From: Cyanidioschyzon merolae | Taxonomy: Eukaryota | Assembly (NCBI GenBank): GCA_000091205.1 | Contig: AP006501.2 | Direction: 5' to 3' (one strand) | Length of the DNA stretch: 64,000 nucleotides | In this document: positions 11,291-20,988 of the stretch, one piece after another | How the letters are laid out: each line of letters opens with the position of its first letter | How positions within the stretch are numbered: the first letter of the stretch is position 1 | Made by a program: the position numbers and the translations under genes | The notes under the pieces: model-generated | The model's input: only the letters and a program-made list of their open reading frames with translations | Databases searched by the model: none | What the model was told of the DNA's origin: nothing

Positions 11291-14044
11291 TCAGTCCATG
11301 AGCAGCCGCAAGCCGCTGAGGCCAACCAGCAGCGTACCCCCTTCGTGGAGCAGGACGGCGGCCCAGAGGGGCAGACCACCCGATACCGCCCCGATGGCGG
11401 TACTCACGATCAGAATGAGCGCAATGGCTACATTCTGGGTCATGACGCGCTGCGTCTGGCGGCTCTTCTGCAGATACCATGCGATGCGACGAATGCCTTC
11501 GGGGTAGCCATCGACAAGCACCACGTCGGCAGCGGAAACCGCTGTGGCACTGTGAAAGCCGATCGAAATGCCGGTAGTGGCGAGCGCAAGCGCCGGAGCA
11601 TCATTCATGCCGTCGCCAACCATGACCAGTCGATCTGGTTGTTGTTTCACAAACAGCATTTTGTCTTCGGGACGAAGGGCGTAGCGCACGCAGTCGGCGG
11701 GCACACCAACTGCCTCGGCAATCGCCAGTGCAGTTTCTTTCGAGTCGCCAGTCAGCAGCTGCACGGAATAGCCTTGGGTTCGGAGCTGTGCGATGCACGC
11801 CGGTGCCTCTTCCCGCATCTGGTCCCAGAAAACCAGCATGGCAACGGTGCCGTCTTCGCAGCAAAGCAGGGCCGTGGAACGCCCTAGCGCAGCCTGCTCG
11901 CGCTGATACGCTTCCAGCTTTTGATCAAGCTCCCGAGTAGTGGGCGTCGGGCTCTGGGGTGCGTTTTCGTGCTCCAAGAGCGTTGCGGCAAAGTCGAGAC
12001 GCCCCAAGCGGACGCGGTGACTGAGTGCGTCAGCGCTCGCCGCGTCTAGGTGCTGGTCGCTGCCCCCGCCGTTGCTAGTGACCTCGCTCTCGGAATGCGG
12101 GGCCTGGAAAATGCGTCCTTCCAGACCGGCGCCGGCGCATACCTTCACGTCGTGGACAAGGAGCGGCTCGATGCCAAGTTCAGCGACCGAGGCAGCCACT
12201 GCGCGTCCCAATGGGTGCACCACATGCGCTTCAAGGCCAGCTGCTAAAGCCAGTACCCGCGCTATAGCTGAGGCATGCTCCGCTGGCGGGTGCTCAGCTC
12301 GCAAATCCCAACGATACGGCAGATCCTCTGAAGCAGTAGAAGTATCTGTAGCAGCGTCGCCCGTTGCTGCCATAGACGCAACGGTTACTGCTGATTGCCT
12401 CGGCACCCGAAAGACCTGGATCTGGTGGAGTTCGGGTTCTCCCTTGGTCAGCGTACCGGTCTTATCGAATGCGACTTTGTCACAACGCGCGGAGGCTTCC
12501 AGGGTGCGCGCTCCGCCCTTCACGAGCACACCGCGACGGGCCAAAACGCCCAGCGCCGATGTATACGCAACTGGTGCCCCAATGATCAGCGCACAGGGTG
12601 ATGCCACGACCATAAAGCCAAGGGCGCGTTCGAATGCCTGCCGCTGAGCGCGCCATCGTACCGGTTGTTCCTGGGGCGCCACCGCTCTAACCCCGTGCCC
12701 AGAGTGTTTCGGTGTGCGTACCGGGGTCAGACCCGCTACGATAAAGACAAGCAAAGCACCAGTGACAACAAATCGAGAGTAGAGCTGCCCGAAGCGATCG
12801 ATCCATCGCTCCAGCGTCGGTTTGTTCTGCTGTGCGTTCGTCACCAGACGGGCAATACGCGCCACTGCTGACTCGTGCACTGGTCGCTGCACGCGGAGGT
12901 AAAGCGACCCGTCGACTGTTCGAGCGCCGGCTGCAATGAGTTCCCCGTCGCGAACACGCCGCGGAACGCTCTCTCCTGTGATTGGCTCTAAACTCACATA
13001 GGCATCACCACGAGCAATCTGGCAGTCACAGGGGACCACTTCTCCGGCCTTGACGAGGATCAGGTCGCCTGGAGTCAGCTCTGTTACCGGAACTTGATGA
13101 GCGTCGACGGTATTCAGAGTTCCATTCTCCGCAACTAGTTCGAGCGGGGTGTCCGTATCGCTGGCGCGACGCAGCCGCCACGCGTACTCGGGTACGCTGT
13201 CTCGGAGAGCGTCCAGGTCGCGACGCGCTCGAGCCCGGATGGCACCCTCTGCTGCTCGCGATACCGAGAACAGCACGAATAGAAGGGTTCCTTCCAATAA
13301 ATGACCCACGGCTAACAATAGTAAAGCGGCGAGGTTCATCAACACGTCCACCGATAGAGACGGCTTACTCAACAGCGTCCACAGCATCTCGAGTAGCGAC
13401 GGCAGTCCAGATAAGACAAGACAAGCAAGAACAAAGGCGCGTTGCATGAATATCCAGCTAAAGTAGATAGCAGCGCGCTGGGTTACTCGCGGAAGAGCGT
13501 GCTGAAGCAGGGTCAGTGTGCAAGCGGCGCACCAGAGACCAGCAGACAAGCCTTGCAGCTGGAGCGAGTCCCGCCAGCCAACAAGTCGCTCGAAAGTCGG
13601 CTGCAGCGGTCCAAGAACTCGGAGCAAGCCTGTCGTGCGTGAACCAGCACCAACTGCGTCCTGAGCGCCGCAGCATGGAGCAGCGTAGGCCTGCGCTTCA
13701 GACGAGCGTGGAGACGCGGTTGCGCTTCGCGTGCCACTGCTCTCGAGTGCGTGGCGTTTCTTTGTTGGCTCAGAATCATTGTGACACTGAACAGCGTACC
13801 GAATCGTAACAGCGCCGCGTCGTCTACTCAGCTTCGTGGCTGCGGTTGCGTGCTCGCCGTCAAGTCGCGTACGCCGCTGGTGAAACGGGTGACACCCACG
13901 GAACCTCCTTCGATCGAGTTCCCAGCCGCAATGAAGACGGGATATCGGAACCCATTTCACCTGAAAAGCCCAAGTTGACATACTCGATAAAGAGCGTGCC
14001 ACTCGGCAACACACACTCGTTGCCGGGCCCGTGAGGAACAGCAC
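11291..14044 (-). CDS. P1B-4-type heavy-metal (Zn/Co/Cd) transporting P-type ATPase (HMA1/CtpD-like); first ~150 codons lack a recognisable metal-binding domain and may include UTR or transit sequence
   Basis: DKTGTLT phosphorylation motif, TGES-like actuator region (ITGESVP), VGDGMNDAPALA hinge, membrane SPC motif (ASPCALIIGAP) and HEGGT motif (LLHEGGTLLVG), which together are diagnostic of the P1B-4 subgroup. Confidence 0.85.
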   Translation of the reverse strand: MLFLTGPATSVCCRVARSLSSMSTWAFQVKWVPISRLHCGWELDRRRFRGCHPFHQRRTRLDGEHATAATKLSRRRGAVTIRYAVQCHNDSEPTKKRHALESSGTRSATASPRSSEAQAYAAPCCGAQDAVGAGSRTTGLLRVLGPLQPTFERLVGWRDSLQLQGLSAGLWCAACTLTLLQHALPRVTQRAAIYFSWIFMQRAFVLACLVLSGLPSLLEMLWTLLSKPSLSVDVLMNLAALLLLAVGHLLEGTLLFVLFSVSRAAEGAIRARARRDLDALRDSVPEYAWRLRRASDTDTPLELVAENGTLNTVDAHQVPVTELTPGDLILVKAGEVVPCDCQIARGDAYVSLEPITGESVPRRVRDGELIAAGARTVDGSLYLRVQRPVHESAVARIARLVTNAQQNKPTLERWIDRFGQLYSRFVVTGALLVFIVAGLTPVRTPKHSGHGVRAVAPQEQPVRWRAQRQAFERALGFMVVASPCALIIGAPVAYTSALGVLARRGVLVKGGARTLEASARCDKVAFDKTGTLTKGEPELHQIQVFRVPRQSAVTVASMAATGDAATDTSTASEDLPYRWDLRAEHPPAEHASAIARVLALAAGLEAHVVHPLGRAVAASVAELGIEPLLVHDVKVCAGAGLEGRIFQAPHSESEVTSNGGGSDQHLDAASADALSHRVRLGRLDFAATLLEHENAPQSPTPTTRELDQKLEAYQREQAALGRSTALLCCEDGTVAMLVFWDQMREEAPACIAQLRTQGYSVQLLTGDSKETALAIAEAVGVPADCVRYALRPEDKMLFVKQQPDRLVMVGDGMNDAPALALATTGISIGFHSATAVSAADVVLVDGYPEGIRRIAWYLQKSRQTQRVMTQNVAIALILIVSTAIGAVSGGLPLWAAVLLHEGGTLLVGLSGLRLLMD

Positions 14045-14204
14045 CTTGCCGCACTGTCGCTAGGGATGCAGTTTCTAGATAACGTTTCCAGAGGGCAGCG
14101 ATGAGTCTCCGTGCGCGGATGCGCGTCCTCATCGCTTGAGCATCGTGATCGCCCGCCGTTGTACCACTGGCGATCATCCGCTGCGCGTACACGTATACCA
14201 GTGC

Positions 14205-15231
14205 GTGTCCATGGATGCTTTTCTACATGCATGCCTATACGTGTCCAATGGTATGTATCCATGTCCATGGGTGCTTTTCTACATGCACGCCTTTACGTGT
14301 CCAACGGTATGTGTCCGTGTCAATGGATGCTTTTCTACATGCATGCCTATACGTGTCCAATGGCATGTATCCGTGCCCATAGATGCTTTTCTACATGCAT
14401 GCCTATACGTGTCCAATGGCATGTATCCGTGCCCATGGATGCTTTTCTACATGCATGCCTATACGTGTCCAACGGTATGTGTCCGTGTCCATGGATGCTT
14501 TTCTACATGCATGCCTATACGTGTCCAATGGTATGTATCCGTGTCCATGGATGCTTTTCTACATGCACGCCTATATGTGTCTAATAATATGTGTCCGTGC
14601 CCATGGGTGCTTTTCTACATGCACGCCTATATGTGTCTAATAATATGTGTCCGTGCCCATGGGTGCTTTTCTACATGCATGCCTATACGTGTCCAATGGT
14701 ATGTATCCGTGTCCATGGGTGCTTTTCTACATGCACGCCTTTACGTGTCCAACGGTATGTGTCCGTGTCAATGGATGCTTTTCTACATGCACGCCTATAT
14801 GTGTCTAATAATATGTGTCCGTGCCCATGGGTGCTTTTCTACATGCACGCCTATATGTGTCTAATAATATGTGTCCGTGCCCATGGGTGCTTTTCTACAT
14901 GCATGCCTATACGTGTCCAATGGTATGTATCCGTGTCCATGGGTGCTTTTCTACATGCACGCCTTTACGTGTCCAACGGTATGTGTCCGTGTCAATGGAT
15001 GCTTTTCTACATGCACGCCTATATGTGTCTAATAATATGTGTCCGTGCCCATGGGTGCTTTTCTACATGCACGCCTTTACGTGTCCAATGGTATGTATCC
15101 GTGTCCATGGGTGCTTTTCTACATGCATGCCTATATGTGTCTAATAATATGTGTCCGTGCCCATGGGTGCTTTTCTACATGCATGCCTATACGTGTCTAA
15201 TAATATGTATCCGTGTCCATGGGTGCTTTTC
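14205..15231. repeat. 56-bp tandem minisatellite, ~18 copies, with a 4-unit (~224 bp) higher-order periodicity
   Basis: Direct observation: unit GTGTCCATGGATGCTTTTCTACATGCATGCCTATACGTGTCCAATGGTATGTATCC and variants recur with a 56-bp period (e.g. ATGGATGC at 14211, 14267, 14323). Confidence 0.95.
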
Positions 15232-16366
15232 GCTCTGGATATCAGAGTAATTTGGATGACAGGGCCGAGCGCTTCGCTCGAGTCCGTCGACGAGTTCCAG
15301 ACGTCCAGCGAGGGTGTGTTCGTTTTTTCAGTACAACGTGCATAAAAGATGAGCAACATGCCGTTTACATAGCGGACGTCCAAGCATCGCCTTCAACAAC
15401 GAGCAGGAAACGGACGAGGGTACCCGCCTTGCCATGCATCAACCGCGCCTGGGGCGATCGCGCGTCTAGTATTGTTACGTTTAGAGTCAACGCGTCGAGG
15501 CAACTCGTCAGTCGCCGCTGCGCATTGGAGTGCTCTCTGTGGCGAGCCCCCGGACTCGCGCAGAAAACCCAAGTTCAGGGCAACAACTCGATTTAGAGTA
15601 TGTAGTAGACCGATGATCGCAAACCTATCAATCTTCTTTGCAAAATCAAATCCGAACGGGAATGACAGAAAGCACCCAATTGGAATCACCCGAGCCATTT
15701 GCAGTACTTGGAGGCGGAAAAGCGCCAGCCGTCACCCATCCCGATGCGTAGCTACGTGTTGCTGGCGAGCTGCCCTGCGACGCAGCTCGCAACGCGTACC
15801 CTGAAACCTTGAACACCCCCGTTGCTTGATCGATGACATGCGGAAGCGTCCGTTCAGTAGATCGATCCGATTTTTCACCGCTTCATCGGCTGGGTTCGCG
15901 CAGCACTAGGGGTGCGCTTCCGTGTATCGATGGTATCCTAAAGAGACTCGGAGAGCAGCGCAACACCATCGCGGTCGATGCTGCCAATGCGATTCACGGG
16001 GATCGCCTGCGGATGCACGCGCCAGTCGGAGATCCCGCCTAGAGACGGAGCGCTGCACATCGCTTCCTCGTCCTGCTCCTCCGATTCAATGTGCGGCTGC
16101 AGGCGCGCCTGCCTTTGAGGTTGTCGCACCCAACGCCTGGCTACGCTAGGCAGAAGCCAAGGCGTCTGTACTATCGTGCAAATCGGCCGCATTCATCAAA
16201 AAAAGGAGGCTGCCTTAGCCGAACACGCAGTGCATGAAGCGCTTCTCCTAGCCGTCGTGCGGGGTACACCATTCGCGAGACTCGTATCGCCCCAGAATCC
16301 TGAGAATAAAGTACCGAAATTTGGTCGGGAGCTCAACATACTAGGTTCAAGACGAGATTTCCAGAT

Positions 16367-19300
16367 CTAGTGCATCGAGCGGCGCTCTGAAGAAAACAGG
16401 CTTGGCGATGCCCCTGGAGATGACGTCTCACGCAGCGTAGGGGCGTTTTCGCGGTCACTGTGCGCCGGACTCGTGGTATCCTGTTCCGCTGCGCTCGGAT
16501 GAAGCTGCCGTACCGCACTGGTGGCGCAGTGAGTTGATGCAACAGAACGCTGGTCGGGCTCATACTCGTAGCCAGCAATATTCCAGCCGAATGTCGCTGC
16601 CGGAGCGTTTGTGAAATTCGGTGCAGCAACACCATCACCAACGCCAACACAATCACCAGCAGCAGGAGTCTCCGTCACCAAATTGGCAGTGGCGCGTATC
16701 GCTGACTCGCGCGGGTAGCGTTCGACATGCTCAGCTGCGAACGCAGGTGGTGCTGCAGTAACCTCAGCAACAGAAGCGGCCTGGTCCACCGGCCGTCGCC
16801 TGGGTCGGCGCACCCGTAGCCACCATATACCAGGGCCGTAGCTCGCTGCAACCCACCAGTGTCGACGCCTGCTCGGGCGCTTACCGGGAGCACACGCTGC
16901 TGTTTGGGATGCGTACAAGTCCTTTGGCGTTTTTGAGAAGAACAATCCCGGGCCATAGGACGCCGCCACAGACCAAGACGGTCGTTCTGGCCTGATCGCA
17001 ACACTGCCATCGACGCGGTTCCTAGCTTCGGAGTCCTGGGGTGTGCGTACGCGCGTTTCACCGTCGCCAGTCGCTCGGGTGTCAAAACGAATAAGAATAC
17101 GAGGCTGTTGCTGTGAGTGAGGTCCCTCGGATACAAACGGCAGCGCCGGTGCCCAGGATGCAACGCGGTGCCTCTTCTGGGCGGCTCGTTGTTGAGAGCG
17201 CAGTTGCCGGGCACGCTCGCGCAGAGCGGCGGCCTCGGTCTCCCGTCGCAAGCGGCGCATAAAGGCATTGTCTCGCATTTCCGGACGACCTAGCATCTCC
17301 GCTTGATTCAGTAGGAAACGCGCCTCGGCGATGACCTCTTCGGGTGCGTAGCCTCTCATTTCCCCGTAAGGTAGCACGAGCAGCTTACTGAGATTCCGGA
17401 AACTGCACGCCTTAGAATTCGGAAAAGATGCACACAGGATACTCACGCGTATGGACAACTCGAATTTGCGTCTAGTGGTGGCGAAATACGGTTCATGGGA
17501 CGGATGCGGTGTAACAAGCTTGTACCACGCCCGTGCCGTTCGTATCCAAATGCATACTTCACCGTAATCGATGCACCATTCGAGAATACGACTAGTTCGA
17601 ATCATCGTTGGTCGGAGCTTGACACTTCCAGGACCAGCGCCCGGGATCAGCAGACCTTCGGCGACGAGCGAATTCGGCGTTTCCAGAGCTCCCGGGCCGC
17701 CGCCAGTGTTGCGTTTCGCGGACGTCTGCTCCAATTCCAGGGCATCCAGACAGGCGTGCTCTCCCGTACACTCGTCCAGGATGCGGAACCAGGTGAGAAG
17801 CCGCTGCGGGAGTGCGCTTTCTGTGTTCGTTGCATCAGCAGCGTTATGATGAGAGCTACTTGCATCAGTAGCCGGCAAGTTCATCTCAGGTGGAATATGC
17901 TCCTCTAGTACCATGGCATCGTCGTTAACGCTGCTCGATGACTTTGTTGCTGCCATGGTTTGCTCCTCTGCTACACCATTTTCACGTTCCTGAAGACGAG
18001 ACGATGTTCGTTCCCTTCGCTGCAGTTGCGCTTCAGCTTCGGCGCGCTCCCGTTCGGCTGCACGAAGCGCTCGTTCGATTTCCGCTCGTTGGCGCTTTGC
18101 CAGACGCTCTATTCGTTCCAGTTCGCGCCGACGTTCCAACTCCTCGCGTCTGCGTTGGCGTTCCAGTTCCTTTGCTTCCTCTTCACGCTGCTTCCGCAGC
18201 TCCTCTTCCCGCTGGCGAGCAAGTTCCAGTTCTTGGACCCGGGAGGATGTCCGTTTTGTGGCAAGCAGCCGCTCGAGACGTTCTCGACGGCGTTGCAAAC
18301 GCTCTAATTTGCGACTGTGCTCTTCCCAGACGGGAAGAAGTTCCTGCTTGAGCCATTGTCTCAAAGCGCGTTCTCTGGAACGGGGTCGAGCATCGTCCAG
18401 CGTCTCGATGAGGTCTCGCAGGGCATCCGGCCCCTGCGCAGCAACGCACCACTCGTAGTGCGGCGAAGGTTTTGCGCCCCTGCGTCGGCCTTTCGTGGAT
18501 TTCAAAGCGCTCGTTTCTGTGTCGTCAAGCAACTCCCTATACAAGCGGCAATTGTCGTCAAAGTACCAATATAGCGCTCCGTTCCTATCGATGCCCACTG
18601 GCAGGATTCGCAGGTCGTCATGGTGTAGTTGCCGCAAATCCTTCAAGTAGCGGTTATCTTCGTTCGGACTACAGAGTACGAACTCGCAGAGCGCGTACAA
18701 AATGAGCAGGCGTTGGCTTGCCCTCAGCTGCAGGAACGCTTCCCAGCCACCGGCCTCGAGCGCATCCATGATAGACGCTGCATCTGCAGACTCAGTGCTG
18801 GTGGAGCGCTCCTCCGGATACAGCCCAAGGTTGATCATTTCCGCCAGATGCTGTTGAAAGAAACGAACGAACTGCGGAAACCATAAAGCATCCGCTCGTT
18901 GGACCCAGTCCGCACGCTGCAGTGCTGCCACTGCGCGACTCCCGTCATGCTCTGTTCTGGTGCCACTGCCAGTGCGATACCCAGCCAGGCTTGCCATTAT
19001 TTCTGCCAAAATGGGCGCATATTGTGGCGTCTCCAGAGCGTGCTCGAGCTCCATGGGCGTCACGTCAGGAATGCCGAGGCGTTTGGAGAAGACTTGCAAT
19101 AGACGCCAGGTCGCCGGCAGCTGCCACATCGCCGAGGGTTCTAACCCTTCTAAACTTCGCTCGTCCAACTCGTGCATAGAAATGTTTTCCAACTTCCGCA
19201 ACCCTGAGGTGTAGATCAGACTCTGCCGCGGTTCTGTCGATATCGAAGCCGACTCTTTGACACGTTTCCGTCGCTGCCCCGGTGACCAGGTCGCTGCCTC

Positions 19301-19618
19301 TTCCGAGTCCTCCTCTGGAGTCGAGACCTCACTCTCTGTCGGTTCCGATGCTTCATCGGAACTTGACGAGCGAGACGTTGCTGGCAGGCGCCAGCGCGCC
19401 CTGCTGCTTACCACTGAACTATGCTCCGAGGAAGATTCCGAACTTGAAGAGGCAGCAGCCTCCTGGTTGGTGCGTCTGGTGCGAGCAGACCTCCGTAGCT
19501 GGCCGTCGACTTTTCGACTCCGCGAGCCATACTGCTCCTCCTGGATATTATCCCCACCTTTGAGCACGCCTGTGATGTTACGTTCGGCTTCTCGTGCCGC
19601 TTTACGGCGCGGACGCAT
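16367..19618 (-). CDS. DDT/WHIM-domain chromatin-associated protein with Ser/Glu-rich N-terminus and long ER-rich coiled coil
   Basis: DDT-like segment (WRLLQVFSKRLGIPDVTPMELEHALETPQYAPILAEIMASL); WHIM1-like motif (LRILPVGIDRNGALYWYFDD); WHIM2-like C-terminal segment (ILEWCIDYGEVCIWIRTARAWYKL); ~150-aa ELERRRELER coiled coil. Confidence 0.6.
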   Translation of the reverse strand: MRPRRKAAREAERNITGVLKGGDNIQEEQYGSRSRKVDGQLRRSARTRRTNQEAAASSSSESSSEHSSVVSSRARWRLPATSRSSSSDEASEPTESEVSTPEEDSEEAATWSPGQRRKRVKESASISTEPRQSLIYTSGLRKLENISMHELDERSLEGLEPSAMWQLPATWRLLQVFSKRLGIPDVTPMELEHALETPQYAPILAEIMASLAGYRTGSGTRTEHDGSRAVAALQRADWVQRADALWFPQFVRFFQQHLAEMINLGLYPEERSTSTESADAASIMDALEAGGWEAFLQLRASQRLLILYALCEFVLCSPNEDNRYLKDLRQLHHDDLRILPVGIDRNGALYWYFDDNCRLYRELLDDTETSALKSTKGRRRGAKPSPHYEWCVAAQGPDALRDLIETLDDARPRSRERALRQWLKQELLPVWEEHSRKLERLQRRRERLERLLATKRTSSRVQELELARQREEELRKQREEEAKELERQRRREELERRRELERIERLAKRQRAEIERALRAAERERAEAEAQLQRRERTSSRLQERENGVAEEQTMAATKSSSSVNDDAMVLEEHIPPEMNLPATDASSSHHNAADATNTESALPQRLLTWFRILDECTGEHACLDALELEQTSAKRNTGGGPGALETPNSLVAEGLLIPGAGPGSVKLRPTMIRTSRILEWCIDYGEVCIWIRTARAWYKLVTPHPSHEPYFATTRRKFELSIRVSILCASFPNSKACSFRNLSKLLVLPYGEMRGYAPEEVIAEARFLLNQAEMLGRPEMRDNAFMRRLRRETEAAALRERARQLRSQQRAAQKRHRVASWAPALPFVSEGPHSQQQPRILIRFDTRATGDGETRVRTPQDSEARNRVDGSVAIRPERPSWSVAASYGPGLFFSKTPKDLYASQTAACAPGKRPSRRRHWWVAASYGPGIWWLRVRRPRRRPVDQAASVAEVTAAPPAFAAEHVERYPRESAIRATANLVTETPAAGDCVGVGDGVAAPNFTNAPAATFGWNIAGYEYEPDQRSVASTHCATSAVRQLHPSAAEQDTTSPAHSDRENAPTLRETSSPGASPSLFSSERRSMH

Positions 19619-19744
19619 ATCCAGTTTAAAAGAAGCTGCGTTTGGCCCGTCTCCTAGCGTTGCGTTTCGCCAGCCCCGGTTGAAATGTTCGCGGCGGCGC
19701 GCAGCAGCTTTTGATCGTGTCGACCCTGCATCAGATTAGTCGTG

Positions 19745-20035
19745 AAGAGGAAGCAGAAGCAGAAGCAGCAGCAGGTTGAGCTAACGTTCATCAAGGCAAC
19801 TACACACTGATCTACCTTTGTTTGATGACTACGGCAGTAGAAATGTCGCCACTAGGAAGCAGTAGCAGGAGGTTGAGCTAACATTCAACAAGGCTACTAC
19901 AAACTGATCTATCTTTTTTAGATGACTACGGCGGCAGACAAGTCTCCACTAGGAAGCAGCAACAGGTCGAGCTAACGCCGATGAAAGCAACTACATGCAA
20001 TACCCTTGATAAGTGACGACTGCAACAGTTGTGCA
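19745..20035. repeat. ~96-bp tandem repeat, 3 copies
   Basis: GAGCTAAC anchor recurs at 19778, 19875 and 19969; each unit contains GTTGAGCTAAC...ACTGATCTA...GATGACTACGGC...CCACTAGGAAGCAG. Confidence 0.85.
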
Positions 20036-20400
20036 TTCAATGGCACAGCAGGCACCTCTACGCTCGATACCCACTGTATTGATCCAAGTCTCGATCAAAC
20101 CTCGACTCTAGTGAGGAACATGGGACAGGATCTGGTAAAGCGTCGCATTATCCTCAAAGAAGCGCCCTCATTCATTCCCTGGTCTACGATTGCCTTCGCA
20201 CCTCCGCGAACGTCTGACTCGATTCGTAAAAAGTGCAGAACGTGGAGCATGGTGCGCTGCGCGGGCTGTGCGCCAGCTGGACGTGGCCAACCGCACTGTA
20301 CGAGCGCTGCACTGCGCTGCGAAGCGAGTTCGGTAGAGCGCACGGCTGTTTAGAGCGCTGGAGCACCTGCAGGGCTACTCGCTTTGGAAGCAGCTGAGGC

Positions 20401-20988
20401 ATGCAGCCAAATGGAGCAGCACCTCTGAACTGTTTGTGGCGATGGGTTTTACCAGAGTGCTGGGGTCCTCTCGGAATCCTCTTTGAGCAGATATCGCCGT
20501 ACTGGTTTGCGTACGTTGGTGTGGCCCTCGCGATAGGACTCTCTGTGCTTGGGGCCGCGTGGGGTATATTCATCACGGGGTCTTCGCTCGTGGGGGCCTC
20601 GATTCAAGCTCCGCGCATCACTTCGAAGAACCTCGTTTCGGTCATTTTTTGCGAAGCGGTCGCCATATATGGAATAATTGCCGCTATAGTCATGGCGACT
20701 CGAATCGGCTACGCGTCTGTGGCTGAAAGCGACCCTGTCACCAAGTTCGGTGGATATGCGCTTTTCGCGGCGGGCCTGGTCGTCGGGCTGAGCAACCTGT
20801 TCTGTGGGTTAAGCGTTGGCGTCACGGGCAGTAGCTGTGCGCTGGCCGACGCCCAAGATGCAACAATCTTCGTGAAACTGCTTATCGTTGAGATATTTGC
20901 GTCAGCACTGGGTTTATTTGGGGTCATCGTCGGCATTATCATCAGTTCTAAAGCCACGCTCGGTGGCGATGCAAGCGCTGGTCGCTGA
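20401..20988 (+). CDS. ATP6V0B: V-type H+-ATPase proteolipid subunit c'' (V0 sector, 4-TM form)
   Basis: Strong match to the c'' subunit pattern: LSVLGAAWGIFITGSSLVGASIQAPRITSKNLVSVIFCEAVAIYGIIAAIV ... GLSVGVTGSSCALADAQDATIFVKLLIVEIFASALGLFGVIVGIIIS. Confidence 0.85.
   Translation: MQPNGAAPLNCLWRWVLPECWGPLGILFEQISPYWFAYVGVALAIGLSVLGAAWGIFITGSSLVGASIQAPRITSKNLVSVIFCEAVAIYGIIAAIVMATRIGYASVAESDPVTKFGGYALFAAGLVVGLSNLFCGLSVGVTGSSCALADAQDATIFVKLLIVEIFASALGLFGVIVGIIISSKATLGGDASAGR

Noticed and set aside
14136-15250. Long Cys/His/Met-rich repetitive ORFs (e.g. 14136..14864, 14591..15250) suggesting a repetitive metal-binding peptide
   Set aside because: They are translations of the 56-bp satellite; the unit is not a multiple of 3 and all three frames are open, so this is a stop-free satellite rather than coding sequence
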